Assembly (NCBI GenBank): GCA_951406725.2
Contig: OX597821.1
Location: 62,186,001 to 62,250,000, forward strand
DNA: 64,000 nt
From: Octopus vulgaris
Lineage: Eukaryota
Reading direction: 5' to 3'
The position numbers were made by a program, and so were the translations under genes. Of the stretch, positions 1 to 11,303 are shown piece after piece. How positions within the stretch are numbered: the stretch's first letter is position 1; the number at the start of each line of letters is the position of its first letter. The notes beneath the pieces are model-generated. The model was not told where the DNA came from. It did no database searches and saw only the letters and a list, made by a program, of their open reading frames with translations.

Positions 1-168
<168 letters not shown>

Positions 169-251
169 ACTTTGATACTTTGATAGGTTTCGGCCATTAT
201 TGGCCCAGGCCATGTCTAACTTAATAGCACCACCTGGTGAAGTCTTTCAAG

Positions 252-1622
252 TCAGAATTTGGGCACTATGGCCCACTCAAGTAGAGAGTTATTGTTTACA
301 GAGACATATCCGGGTGTAGGGGGTTTATCCGGGATTTCTTGAAGGAATCTGTCCAAAGACTTCTTGAACCCTATAGGGTCAGTTTCTGTTTTAATGTGTT
401 TTGGTGTAATGTTAAAGAGAGCGGGGCCAATTGAGGTGAAATAATTGTGCCGTATTGTTCTTATGAGATGAGAGTGCGATTTTTGTTTTGGGCGGATGGC
501 ACGGGGCCCAAGCCTTGGATGTACCTTAAAGGTGATGCCAACATCATTTGGGCAATGCTGATGGAATATTTTCCACATCATGCAGATAATGTAGCGCTCA
601 CGACGACGTTGGAGAGAATAGAGTTTTAGCTTTTCTAGTCGACCCCAATAGTCGAGGCCTGTCATGCCATCTATCTTTTTTGTGATTGCCCTTTGAGGTG
701 CTTCAACTTTTATGATACCTTGTATTGTGTGGGGAGACCACAGTGGACAACAGTATTCAAGGTGGGGTCGGGCAAAAGTGGAGAAGAGAAGGATAATGGT
801 GTGGATATCTCTCGACTGGAAAGTTCTGAGAATCCAGGAACACATTCTGCGGGCCATGTCAACTTTGGTGTTTATATGAGTGGCCCAGCTTATGTTGTTG
901 TCCACAATTACTCCCAAGTCTCTGATGTTGTTGGACGCCGCGAGAGTTTCACCTGAAGGAAGGGAGTATGGGAGTTTCAGGGCATCCTCTTTTCCAAAGT
1001 GGATTAGCTCAAATTTATCCTCGTTCAGCAGCATATTGTTTTTTTCTGCCCATTGGATAACAGCCAGTAGATCTGACTGAAGGCATGTCCGGTCACTCGC
1101 CTCATTTATGACCTTCTGTAGCTTGGAGTCATCTGCAAAGATTTTTATGTTGCTGTGCTTGATGATGTCATTAATGTCATTAATGTAAATGATGAAAAGA
1201 AGTGGGCCCAGCACAGTGCCTTGCGGAACGCCACTACTGACTTTGGCTGGGCTTGATTTTACCCCTTCAACTACAACATGTTGAGATCTGTCTGTCAGGA
1301 AACACTTGATCCATTTCAGTAACTTTCCAGAGACACCAATGTTGGATAGTTTTTTCAATAGGATCTTGTGATCGACCCTGTCGAAGGCCTTACTGAAATC
1401 AAGGTAGATGACATCGGTGTTGGAGCCCTCTCCCAAAGCTCTCAAAATGTCCTCAAAGTGATGCAGGAGCTGCGTTAGGCAGTCCCTTCCATTACGGAAC
1501 CCATGTTGGTTGGAGATCAGCCGTCTGTTGCTTTCCAGAAATTGGGTTATTCGAGATCTCACCACCCTCTCAAATACCTTGATGATATGAGAGGTGAGTG
1601 AGATCGGACGGTAATTCACTGC
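252..1622 (-). CDS. LINE ORF2 C-terminal half: reverse transcriptase (after a 1-nt frameshift)
   Basis: Motifs NYRPISLTS, QHGFRNGR, YLDFSKAFDRVDH, GVPQGTVLGPLLFIIYIND, FADD, RDLGV, RPHLEYC in ORF 252..1736. Confidence 0.93.
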   Translation of the reverse strand, partial: AVNYRPISLTSHIIKVFERVVRSRITQFLESNRRLISNQHGFRNGRDCLTQLLHHFEDILRALGEGSNTDVIYLDFSKAFDRVDHKILLKKLSNIGVSGKLLKWIKCFLTDRSQHVVVEGVKSSPAKVSSGVPQGTVLGPLLFIIYINDINDIIKHSNIKIFADDSKLQKVINEASDRTCLQSDLLAVIQWAEKNNMLLNEDKFELIHFGKEDALKLPYSLPSGETLAASNNIRDLGVIVDNNISWATHINTKVDMARRMCSWILRTFQSRDIHTIILLFSTFARPHLEYCCPLWSPHTIQGIIKVEAPQRAITKKIDGMTGLDYWGRLEKLKLYSLQRRRERYIICMMWKIFHQHCPNDVGITFKVHPRLGPRAIRPKQKSHSHLIRTIRHNYFTSIGPALFNITPKHIKTETDPIGFKKSLDRFLQEIPDKPPTPGYVSVNNNSLLEWAIVPKF

Positions 1623-1623
1623 A

Positions 1624-3258
1624 AAGGGACTTGTTTCCCTTTTTGAAAACTGGGACAACAGACTGGGACAGAAGGTTTTTTGGAATATAGCCAGCATCCA
1701 GTGAGTTTCTCCACATATTAGCAAGGGGAGATGCAAGTTGGTGTCGACACACCTTCAGGACACAAGCAGGGAACCTATCGGGGCCTACTGCTGAATTGTG
1801 TTTTATTTCGTTTATCGCCGCTAAGACATCAGGGGCACTAAACGTTATGTCCGATATAGTGTGTTGGGGGTTGACATCACTGATACAGCCCAGATCGGCC
1901 ATATCAGGATTGCTGAAAACAGAGCAGTATTGTTTCTGCAGTATCTCGGCCATGGATTTGGCATTATCTTGGAGGGTGCCAGTTTCGTCAATTAGAGGGC
2001 CTACAGTGGAGACAGTGACCCTGCGTTTCCTCGCAAATGAAAAGAACACTTTGGGGTTGAGTTTGATTTTTTCAATGGCCCACTTCTCCTCAGCTGATCT
2101 TTGGTTATTGATGAGGGTCTTCATGCATTGTTGGAGGTTATATTTTTTGGATTCAAGCAGTGCGATAGCCGTCGAATGTGTGTGTTGCTGTTGGCAGTAC
2201 TTTAGTTTCTTAATTTTTTTGTTTGTTCTTTTTATTTTTCTGATAATGGTTTTTCTGTTTTGGGGGATTCTGCACTTTTTGTTCACAGGTCTTGGTGGGG
2301 AGTGTTTTGCACATATGTCTGAGAGGGTGTCTACAAAGATCTGCCAAGATGTTTTATGGTTGGTGGAGATGTGTGTATGTGTAAAGGACCAGTCAACATT
2401 TGATAGCTCGTTCCTGATTGCATCCCAGTTGGCTTTATGGAGATCCATGTTGTCAAATGGGTGGGCTGGAGGAAGGTCACTAGGATTAGCTTTCGGCTGG
2501 TGGAATTTCATGTTACAGAGAACCATGTCATGGTCTGAAAGAAGGGTTTTTTCCACTGTAACGTTATGTATAGTGTTAGTGTGGTTACTAAACACTAGGT
2601 CCAAAATGTTCTGATGTCTTGTTGGTGCAAGGACAAGTTGGGACAAGAAAAACTCATTCGTAAAGTCGAAAAGTGACTCTGCTGCTTCTTTGTCAGCGGT
2701 TGAGGCGGGAGTGCTTGGTTTCAAACAGTTTGTAGTCCAGTCAACACAGGGTAGATTGAAGTCTCTCATCATGAGTATGTTGCTAGAATGGCACTGTTGA
2801 ATAAAGCACTTAATGCTGTTGAGGCATTCTTTAAAGCACAGTATGGGTGTTTGGGGCGGCCTATAGAGCCCAATTACTGTCAGGTCATTGGCTTTGTTGT
2901 GCACGGTGACTGATTCACAGTAGCCGTTGGAGAATATACTATTTCCATCTGCCGTAAATGAATCATGCAGGAAAATGGCAGTTCCACCCTTCCTCCTGCC
3001 GATACGATCCGCGCGGATGGTTGTGAAATTCTTCACTCTCACTTCGGCTTCCAAGTGGGAGTTGTCAAGGTGGGTCTCAGTGAGAATGAAGAAAGGGATG
3101 TGGTGTAAATGGTTACCAACCCAGTCTTCAATGAATTGGACCTTCCATTTTTGTGCATTGATGGAAGTGCTGACACCTTGTGCATTGAGTAGGAATGTGG
3201 AGGTTAGTGTAGTGGCTGGTTTTGACTGTTGCAAGGGATCTTGGATTTTTTGTGTGTG
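1624..3258 (-). CDS. LINE ORF2 N-terminal half: APE-like endonuclease and linker
   Basis: Motifs LLNAQG, ILTETHL, GGTAIF, GLYRPP, RDFN (consensus GDFN), ILDLVFSN, SDHDMV, later GPD and VVPVFKKG in ORF 1570..3234. The frame is open up to the ORF1 stop. Confidence 0.92.
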
Positions 3259-4488
3259 TTAGTGGCAGCAATGTGGGGAATTGGTGCACTGGGGTAATAG
3301 CATAGGATGATGTTGAGTGATGGCTAGAATGTTTTTGTGTATCTCTTTTGCCATGTTCAACATGGCTAAAAAAGAATTTTCCTGCTTAGGGAGTAGTTTT
3401 TGGCTGGAGGTGTGGTTGCACTGTTGGATAGGGTTGTAGTTTCCACTTTTGTTGTTGTTGTTTTTGTGTCTTCCTGAAAAGACTGGACCAGCATTACTGC
3501 AGCATGGTGTGTTTCTATTTTTATTGTTATTCAGGTTTGTGTGTTGGCTTGAAGCCCCGTTTCTGTTTGTGCGTCGGGTCCCTGGAAGATGGGTGAAGGG
3601 ACAGTCACTCAGTAGACATGTTCTCTCTCGTTGGGAATACCGGCAGATTTTGGGACTCCGAGTTGTGTGTGTTTTGAATTTCGATTTACTATTTGGTGGT
3701 GTTGATGTTATTGTGGGATGCGTGCTTTGGCCTTGGCCGGTAGTGCGTCTAGTGCCGGGTAGATGCGTGAAGATGCAGTCACTATTTGTGCAGAGTCTCT
3801 GGCGTAGTGAATAGCGGCATATTTGGGGATTTCTTGTTTGTGCCGTGGGGGGCGCATTCTGCTTCCTATGTTTCTTTAAGTTTTTGTTACTGCAGTAGTA
3901 TTGAGGTGGTGATGTGGGGGAAGAGGGCAGTGGTTTCTTATTTGGTTTTCTGTTGGAATTTTTGGTGATAGAAGACGATGGTGGCAGCGGTGGTGATGAT
4001 GATGATGATAATTGTGGTGGTTGCTGTGAGAGCGGTGAAAAGATACTGGCATTTAGTGAATCATCTAGTAAGCTAGAGTTGGTGAGTGGCTGTTGTTGTT
4101 CTTGTTGCTGTGGCTGTTGTTGTTGTTGTTGTGCTTGACCGATGTTAGGGTCAACCATTGTGCTGGGAACCAGGAGTGGCTCATTCTGTTGTTGTTGTTG
4201 TTGTGGCTGCTGGTTTTCTAGCTGTTGTTGTTCTTGAACTGTGAAAATATGAAGAAGCTTTTCATAATGGCCTTTTATCAGTTTGAAAGATACTTCGATA
4301 TGTTTCAGCTTGCTACGAATCTGTTTGACGGATCGTGTGTTGACCACTTGTGATGTTTTTTCGGCAATCTCATTCAAACACAAGACATTTAGATTTTCTG
4401 TTTGGGAAAGAGAGAACCATGTGTTTATTAAAACGTCAATTTCGTTATCAGACCAATTTCGTCTGTTGCAGGCCTGCAAGTTAGTCAT
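3259..4488 (-). CDS. LINE ORF1, 409 aa: Myb/SANT-like N-terminus, polyQ/S/P linker, two CX8CX4CX3H zinc fingers
   Basis: ATG-initiated intact ORF directly upstream of ORF2. N-terminal RRNWSDNEIDVLINTW...IAEK...RSVKQIRSKL; fingers CRYSLRQRLCTNSDCIFTH and CRYSQRERTCLLSDCPFTH. Confidence 0.85.
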   Translation of the reverse strand: MTNLQACNRRNWSDNEIDVLINTWFSLSQTENLNVLCLNEIAEKTSQVVNTRSVKQIRSKLKHIEVSFKLIKGHYEKLLHIFTVQEQQQLENQQPQQQQQQNEPLLVPSTMVDPNIGQAQQQQQQPQQQEQQQPLTNSSLLDDSLNASIFSPLSQQPPQLSSSSSPPLPPSSSITKNSNRKPNKKPLPSSPTSPPQYYCSNKNLKKHRKQNAPPTAQTRNPQICRYSLRQRLCTNSDCIFTHLPGTRRTTGQGQSTHPTITSTPPNSKSKFKTHTTRSPKICRYSQRERTCLLSDCPFTHLPGTRRTNRNGASSQHTNLNNNKNRNTPCCSNAGPVFSGRHKNNNNKSGNYNPIQQCNHTSSQKLLPKQENSFLAMLNMAKEIHKNILAITQHHPMLLPQCTNSPHCCH

Positions 4489-4818
4489 GTTTGTTTTTCT
4501 TTTGTTTGTTTTCCTTTTGATTTTTGAAAATATATATATTCTTTCTTGGGAGTTAAAGAAGTGTATATATATATAACTGTTCTCTCTTAAGGGTGTGAGT
4601 TTTTGATTATTTGGTTGTTTGAGGATATTAAAAGAAAAACAGGTGTATATAACAATTTGTAGTTAAATGAAAACGTACTTACGGGTTTGTAGGCAAACAC
4701 GTGGTTACAAATATATATATATTTAAGGTCAGTTAGTTTTGAAGCTGTGTAGCTTGCTACTGACTTGGGAGAGAAACAAATAGACGTCCGTCCACTTCAA
4801 CAGGTAATCCTATACAAA

Positions 4819-4996
<178 letters not shown>

Positions 4997-5537
4997 ATTA
5001 TTTTATGTTAGTTATGCCGTACCAGTGTGATCATTATGGCGTTTGATTTTTTCCATGTGCAAATGGATCTTTCACAAGCTTATTGATTACTGTAGTAAAA
5101 GGCAAATAATATTTCTGATATGTAATTATGTATTACAGATAAAAATACGACAGTGGCAATCTTCAGCTCTTAACATCCTTATAGGTGCTCTCGTACTTGT
5201 TCAATAAGTTTATGATCTTTACAGCTACTTGTATACATTTACCGTTTCAACCAGATCACTACATTCCACAATAAATACATAACATGTTAACACTTACTTT
5301 CATTAGCTTCTGTATGATATATCCTGCTGCATTACTTCAATCTCTCTTCTGTAATTCTGCTAAACCTTGTAATACAAATAAATATAAAACGCAGCTTGAG
5401 AAACATTTACAAAACATTCTCTTCGCTAAAAATCCAGAATGTTCACATATTATCCTGTCTTATAGAGGCCTAAGTAATCATAAATCATTCCAAGACCTCC
5501 CCCAGAGCGGCGAAAGTTATTTGATTATATAGTAATA

Positions 5538-5645
<108 letters not shown>

Positions 5646-5689
5646 GTATATATATATGCATATACATATATATGTGTGTTTGTGTGTTA

Positions 5690-6620
5690 CACAAAATGAG
5701 ATAAGAAAGCCAAGTCTGTGAGTATTTTTCAGGACATTTATGACGAAAAAGATATATATATCGTCTTACATCTCTTTCTGTGTTATTATGGATATCCCTT
5801 TATCAAAGAGGATGTGAGATGGTTAAATAGCGGTAAATATTTCGGTTGGAAATAAGGAATTATTATGGAAAATGAGGAGATAGTGAAAATGTAGGGAAAT
5901 AAGAGAATGAAAGTAGAAATAAAATATAATATAAAATATATAATGATATGTAGTTGCAGTTCCATTATTCGAGGAAAGTTGTGTATAGAAGTGCTAAAAA
6001 AAGCCCCCGGTACATGGTATGTAAGTTCGAATGGTACTTCATTTCAAAGTATTGAGCCGTGAATTCTGTGTTGCTCATCGGAAAGGGTCCTGTGGTGTGA
6101 TTGAAAATTGGAGAATATATTGGTAGTATTTGTGGATAGATGGGAAGGGGAAGATGTGATGTGTATGATTAGAATGAGGAGATGGATCAAAATGAAAACA
6201 GGAGGAGAAGATGAGAGGAACAAAGAGAGAAAAAAGGGAAAAGTGAATAAAGGGTGCAAGAAGTGAGAGAAGTGTTAGTTGCTGGCCAAGATAATGTGAA
6301 GAGAGAATGGGAGAGGAGTGGGAGAGGGATAGGATGAGATGAGGAGGTAAGGAATGAAGAAGTGTGAGGTATGTCAGGATTGATATGGTAGAGCTGCATT
6401 AAGGGATGGGTAGAGAAAAGGTATGGGGGGTGATACCAAAGTGAGTAGCATGTGGTTGTATAGTTACTGTAACAACACTCGCCAGTTACATATATCATCT
6501 AAAAAGCAGAAATATTCCCTACATTTTGTCATGGTCCTTAATAGATTCAGGCCGTGAATACCAAGGTCGACGCTTAGCTTGAAAGTTATGTCTAAGAGAA
6601 GCATTCCACATATTAAAACA
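5690..6620 (-). mobile_element. Highly decayed Penelope-like element end
   Basis: 5690-5810 resembles 7730-7835 (aatgagataa-aaa-ccaa...gtcttaca), which carries a hammerhead-like motif. Purine-rich body, coding remnant barely readable. Confidence 0.35.
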
Positions 6621-7665
6621 CAACACTTGGACACTACTAAATAGATAAATGCAACCATACTTTTTTACTAACCTACATATAAACCACTTTTTTCATGCCT
6701 TCAAATTTTACCCCAAATCCAAATGCAACCTAAGTAAGCACAGAGTATATATCCACAACACTCCTTAAGTAATTCCCAACAACCTTACTTAATTTTCCTT
6801 CATCTCTATTTTAATTTTTAATCGTTAATTTTTTTAACTCCTCTTACTTTAAGGATCTCAATTATTTAATACTACATATTTGGACATGCAAGCGGATACA
6901 TGTGTGTGCATGTATATTTCTGTGTGTATGTGTACATATGAATACGTATGTACCTGTATGAGTGCATGCGTGCGACTGTGTGTAAGTGCTTGCGCGCCTG
7001 CCCGTATGTATGTGCGTGTGCATGTATGTGTATATGTATGCGCGTATGAATAGATTTACGGATGCGCTTGAGAATGCATGTATATATATGTATGTGTATG
7101 TATATGTGTATGTATACATATGTATATATATGTGTGCACGTGTGTGCGCGCGTACGTATGTAATTATACTTTGTTCCCTCCTGTCTGATTCCTAACTATC
7201 ACAATAACCTATACAACCAAATATGTCTCTTTATTAAAAGTTTAAATCCTGTATTCTTCCTACCACTTTGAAGTTTACTACTAATACTACTACTACAACT
7301 ATAGTTGAAGCGTGATGATAGAACTCTGGTCGAAATAAGGTTAATATAAAAAATAAATAAAGCTGAAGCAAATTAACACCAAATTTATAATGCGTGTGTT
7401 TTTATTGGCTAAACTGGCAAAATAGCCGTCCCCATACACAACAATATAACTATGTCCCATTCCTTATAAATGTCCTGAAAACTCCTCACAGACTTGGCTT
7501 TGTTATCTTATTTTGTTTAATATGTATATGCATGCTAACACACAACCCACATTGGACTCCTCACTCGTATCACTATCGAAAATGAGTTTAAATAAGGTCT
7601 ATCGATAGCACTTACTTTCCGTTACCTGCCACTCTTTGGTGTCTTCTAGATACCGACACCTCTCA

Positions 7666-7719
<54 letters not shown>

Positions 7720-7880
7720 ATTGTTTTGTGTAATGAGATAAAAAACCAAAGCTGTGTAGATATAAGAACATTTATAGTTAGAATGTCTTACAGTTGTTTC
7801 CAGGATATTTATTAATTCTATCCATTCATCGGAGACGGTGTGAGAGAATGGTTAAGTAATAGTTAATTTAGATAGGACAC
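7720..7880 (-). mobile_element. Penelope-like pLTR fragment with degenerate hammerhead motif (about 7786-7834)
   Basis: Minus strand: TCT-CCGATGA-atGGATA...TATCCtg-GAAAC-AACT-GTA-AGA. Confidence 0.55.
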
Positions 7881-8010
7881 AAAAAGATCTTCGATCTTCT
7901 GTGATGTGATAGAGAGTGAGGTGGAGGAAACAAAATAGATGTGAGATATGAGATGTGAGAAAATAAATGTGACATATCTCACATCCATTTTCTTTCCCCC
8001 ACCTCACTCT

Positions 8011-8370
8011 CTATCACATCACAGAAGATCGAAGAGCTTTGTTGGGAAAAAATTCCTCATCCACCTTATTGTCCCGGCCTTGCTCCTTCAGACTACCATT
8101 TGTTTCGTAGTTAACAGAATCAATTGGGGAGGAGGGGGGCGCACATCTTTCGCAAGACAGGAGGACGTCGAAACTGATATTTCAGAGTTCTTCGCTTTAA
8201 AACCAATAGAGTTTTACATTGATGGGAATTAAAAAGCTTGTAAATAGATGGAAGGAAGTCATAGATAATCAGGGAAAGTACATTGGTGATTAAGTTTCAA
8301 TTAACTATAACACTTGATCTCTTGTTTTCTTTATTCAAAATTAGGACAGAACTTATGGGATGACCTGATA
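8011..8370 (+). mobile_element. Mariner transposase C-terminal fragment with right TIR
   Basis: ITSQKIEELCWEKIPHPPYCPGLAPSDYHLFRS*QNQL...EDVETDISEFF (YSPDLAPSDY-like). End GGACAGAACTTATGGGATGACCTGATA. Confidence 0.85.
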
Positions 8371-8407
8371 CTTAGATATCAAATATTTTCTATCTCTTCC
8401 CTCTCTC

Positions 8408-8453
<46 letters not shown>

Positions 8454-9519
8454 TGGTGTTTATAATTTGAGTCATAAAAGTTCAGTTACTTTTAACAGCT
8501 AAGTACTCTAAATGATATTGCGTTCTAAATGTTCGTTTTCATGCTGTAACTCCAAGCATAAGCTAATGTACTGGAAGGGAACGGAAAACGTGTTATCGTT
8601 AAGAATGATGTGTGACCGAAACTATGTGACAACTGCCGATAGCATTATAGAAGAGTCTGTCATCCACATCACCAGCAACATTTTCAGTGTTATGATAATG
8701 ATTGTCAACATTTTGGTAACCGATAACGAGTTCGCTACGATGGACATCATCATTATTGACAGAACAACAAATTTCACACAAATAAGCTAAACAGCTAGCA
8801 CCGAGAAGTTACATTAACAGAAAATGAATGAACACGACGTGTATTATCTTTGCCAACAAGTGAAGTACTCTAAGTGTAAACGCTTGCAAAACAATAGCAG
8901 TATCAATTTTCCACTTGATGTTTCCGGTTTCTCATAGATAAACCTAGTAATGCATTTAGAGAATTCAGTAAACCGACAAATGATATGATATCGCTCGCAT
9001 ATCTACAATCACAATCGGTTATGTGCAACACGAACACCCATATTATGTGTGTCCAATATTAATTTAACACTCCCACACAACATAAAATCATTCACATAAG
9101 TACATACTTATTGATGTAACCTAAGTGTATTCCAATAAATCCGACAAACTCAAAGGCTTTTCTGTTTTTAAATTACGACCGTTTGTAAATGAGATACCAC
9201 TGTCCAATATAGGTGTGTGCAAAGAAATGTGAAATTCATTATTAGTAAATTTTCTGAAGTAGTAGGAGTAACCGCAGCATCAGCATCGACAGGATCAGTA
9301 TAAGCAGCGCAGCAGTATTAACTGTAGCAGTAGTAGTATTATTAAAGTTGTAAGATTAGTAGTAGTTGAAAGAGTAATGCTAGTAGCTCTATCTATTCTT
9401 ATATTTTCTGTTTTGCCATTAAATGTATGACGACTACATGTAAGAATCAGCGTATTGATACCTACTAAAATATATGTCTATATATCCATGTATGCATGTA
9501 TACACACACACGCACACAT

Positions 9520-9570
<51 letters not shown>

Positions 9571-9589
9571 CGTATATACATAATAAAAT

Positions 9590-9752
9590 ATGTAAATGCG
9601 CCCTTTTAAAGCCTACCCAGACTCATGGGCCCGGTTTCCCGGTTTCTATGGCGTATATGAGCGTTACTCATCTTTGCCAGCTGAGTGGACTGGAGCAACG
9701 TGAATTGAAGTGTTTTGCTCAAGAATCGAAACTACAATCTTACGATTATGGT
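9590..9752 (-). mobile_element. SINE fragment (family B variant)
   Basis: Homologous to 36980-37216 (aaatgcgcccttttaaagccta...ggagcaacgtgaa). Confidence 0.75.
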
Positions 9753-10619
9753 GCTACAAACCCGAAGCCTGTAAATTACGGAGAAGAGCGGCGCGCAGGT
9801 ACGCTTACAACAATATATTCTCTAATAATAGAAACGTATACAAACACCTGTGCGTAAACACACACACACACATATATATATATACGTACATACACACTTA
9901 TAAGTGTTTGTGTGTGTGTGTGTGTGCGTGCATGTGTGCGTGCGTGTGTGTACGTGTGTGTGTGTTTGTGTATACGAATGATCAGCTAAACGAAAGAATG
10001 AGAAATTCAACCTATTTGTGTGAGTTACATATATTGAAACTGTTTGATTCGGCTTCACTCAGCTTAAAGTTCCGAATTCTCGTTACAGCCAATAACACTT
10101 TGAGTTGCCAGGAACCGATTGAAACAGTTTTAAATTAAGGTATACATTACATGATATATTATACAATTTCATATAAAGTTGATGGCTTCGAGTGTGACTA
10201 CGACGTCGACCTCAGACACTATCCCCTCTGCTTCGAATTGACCATCTAATCGGTAGACATGTTATAACCTATATGCGCATATGAGGTGCAACATCACGTC
10301 TCTAACAAGAGCGTATGCTGCTTAAGAAAAGACGGAAACCCATATATATTCAAATGGAAGTTCTTTGAACAACCGGAGTCATATAAACACGAGCAAAATT
10401 ATGTAAGCTTTGCTTGGGAGATAGGGTAGGGGATCTTTAAAAAACTCACTCGACCCGCGGATCTTTTTAAACTCCAGGATATTCAGTCAATATCCTCGTC
10501 TAAAACGTCTCTTACTTCAGACTTGGGATTCCCCATTCATTGACTAGGCCCACCACATCTACTTTGAATATCACCAGGACTGGAACCAATGTAAAAAGGA
10601 TAACACCGTCCTCTATGTG

Positions 10620-10684
<65 letters not shown>

Positions 10685-11303
10685 ATATGTATATGTTCTC
10701 GTACACATGTGACTTGTGTGTATAGGCTGCCTAGGCAGAAGGGGGGTATATTCATAACTCAGGACATTCTGTTTGTAGAACTTAAATTTCTTTCAGTGCC
10801 ATTTTATTGCAATTTAAATAGCCTGTAATTCTTTCTCTTTGAGCGTTGAACTTAATTCCTTCGGCTCGCAGATGTTTTGTTTAAATATAATACATGTTTA
10901 TTTATCTCCGAGTATAGATATACTCACACACACACGTACGCTAACACATACACGCACGCTAACACACACACACATATACACATTTACATGAATATGTGTT
11001 TGTATGGTATGCATATGCATAGGCATGTAGGTATATGCCTACGTGTGTTTGCTTGAGTTTAGATAGCAACATGCACCTGGAAATATAAATATAAATATAA
11101 ATATTACAAGATGTTTATATTACTTGTCCCTAACCCCAGGAGTGAATAAAGAGAAATTTAATTTATATAACAAATCAGATCATACGCAGATTGGTCAAAC
11201 AAGTTATCCCTCTCAGTCTGTGTATATTACGTTCTACCATCTTGCTATCTGATACAGGAAACATAGTTTCCTGTATATATATATCTTGCTCTTTACATCA
11301 CAA

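Larger units (their letters stand above)
169..4818 (-). mobile_element. Apparently full-length CR1/L2-group non-LTR retrotransposon (5'UTR, ORF1, ORF2 APE+RT, short 3'UTR with TATCAAAG-type tail repeat)
   Basis: ORF1, endonuclease and RT are collinear on the minus strand. The 3' end reads GAAAC-CTATCAAA-GTATCAAA-GTAT. Both ends abut (TA)n. Confidence 0.93.

Noticed and set aside
1796-2614. 272-aa plus-strand ORF (also 2927-3262 and 3449-3814)
   Set aside because: Antisense shadows of LINE ORF1/ORF2 with no recognisable motifs.
8512-8790. Overlapping 92-aa and 60-aa ORFs
   Set aside because: Composition suggests decayed trinucleotide low-complexity DNA, with no splice or homology support.
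10516-10612. Exon-like segment on the minus strand (tag...GAA|gtaag)
   Set aside because: No polypyrimidine tract (preceded by (CA)n), no recognisable peptide, and the surrounding DNA looks TE-derived.
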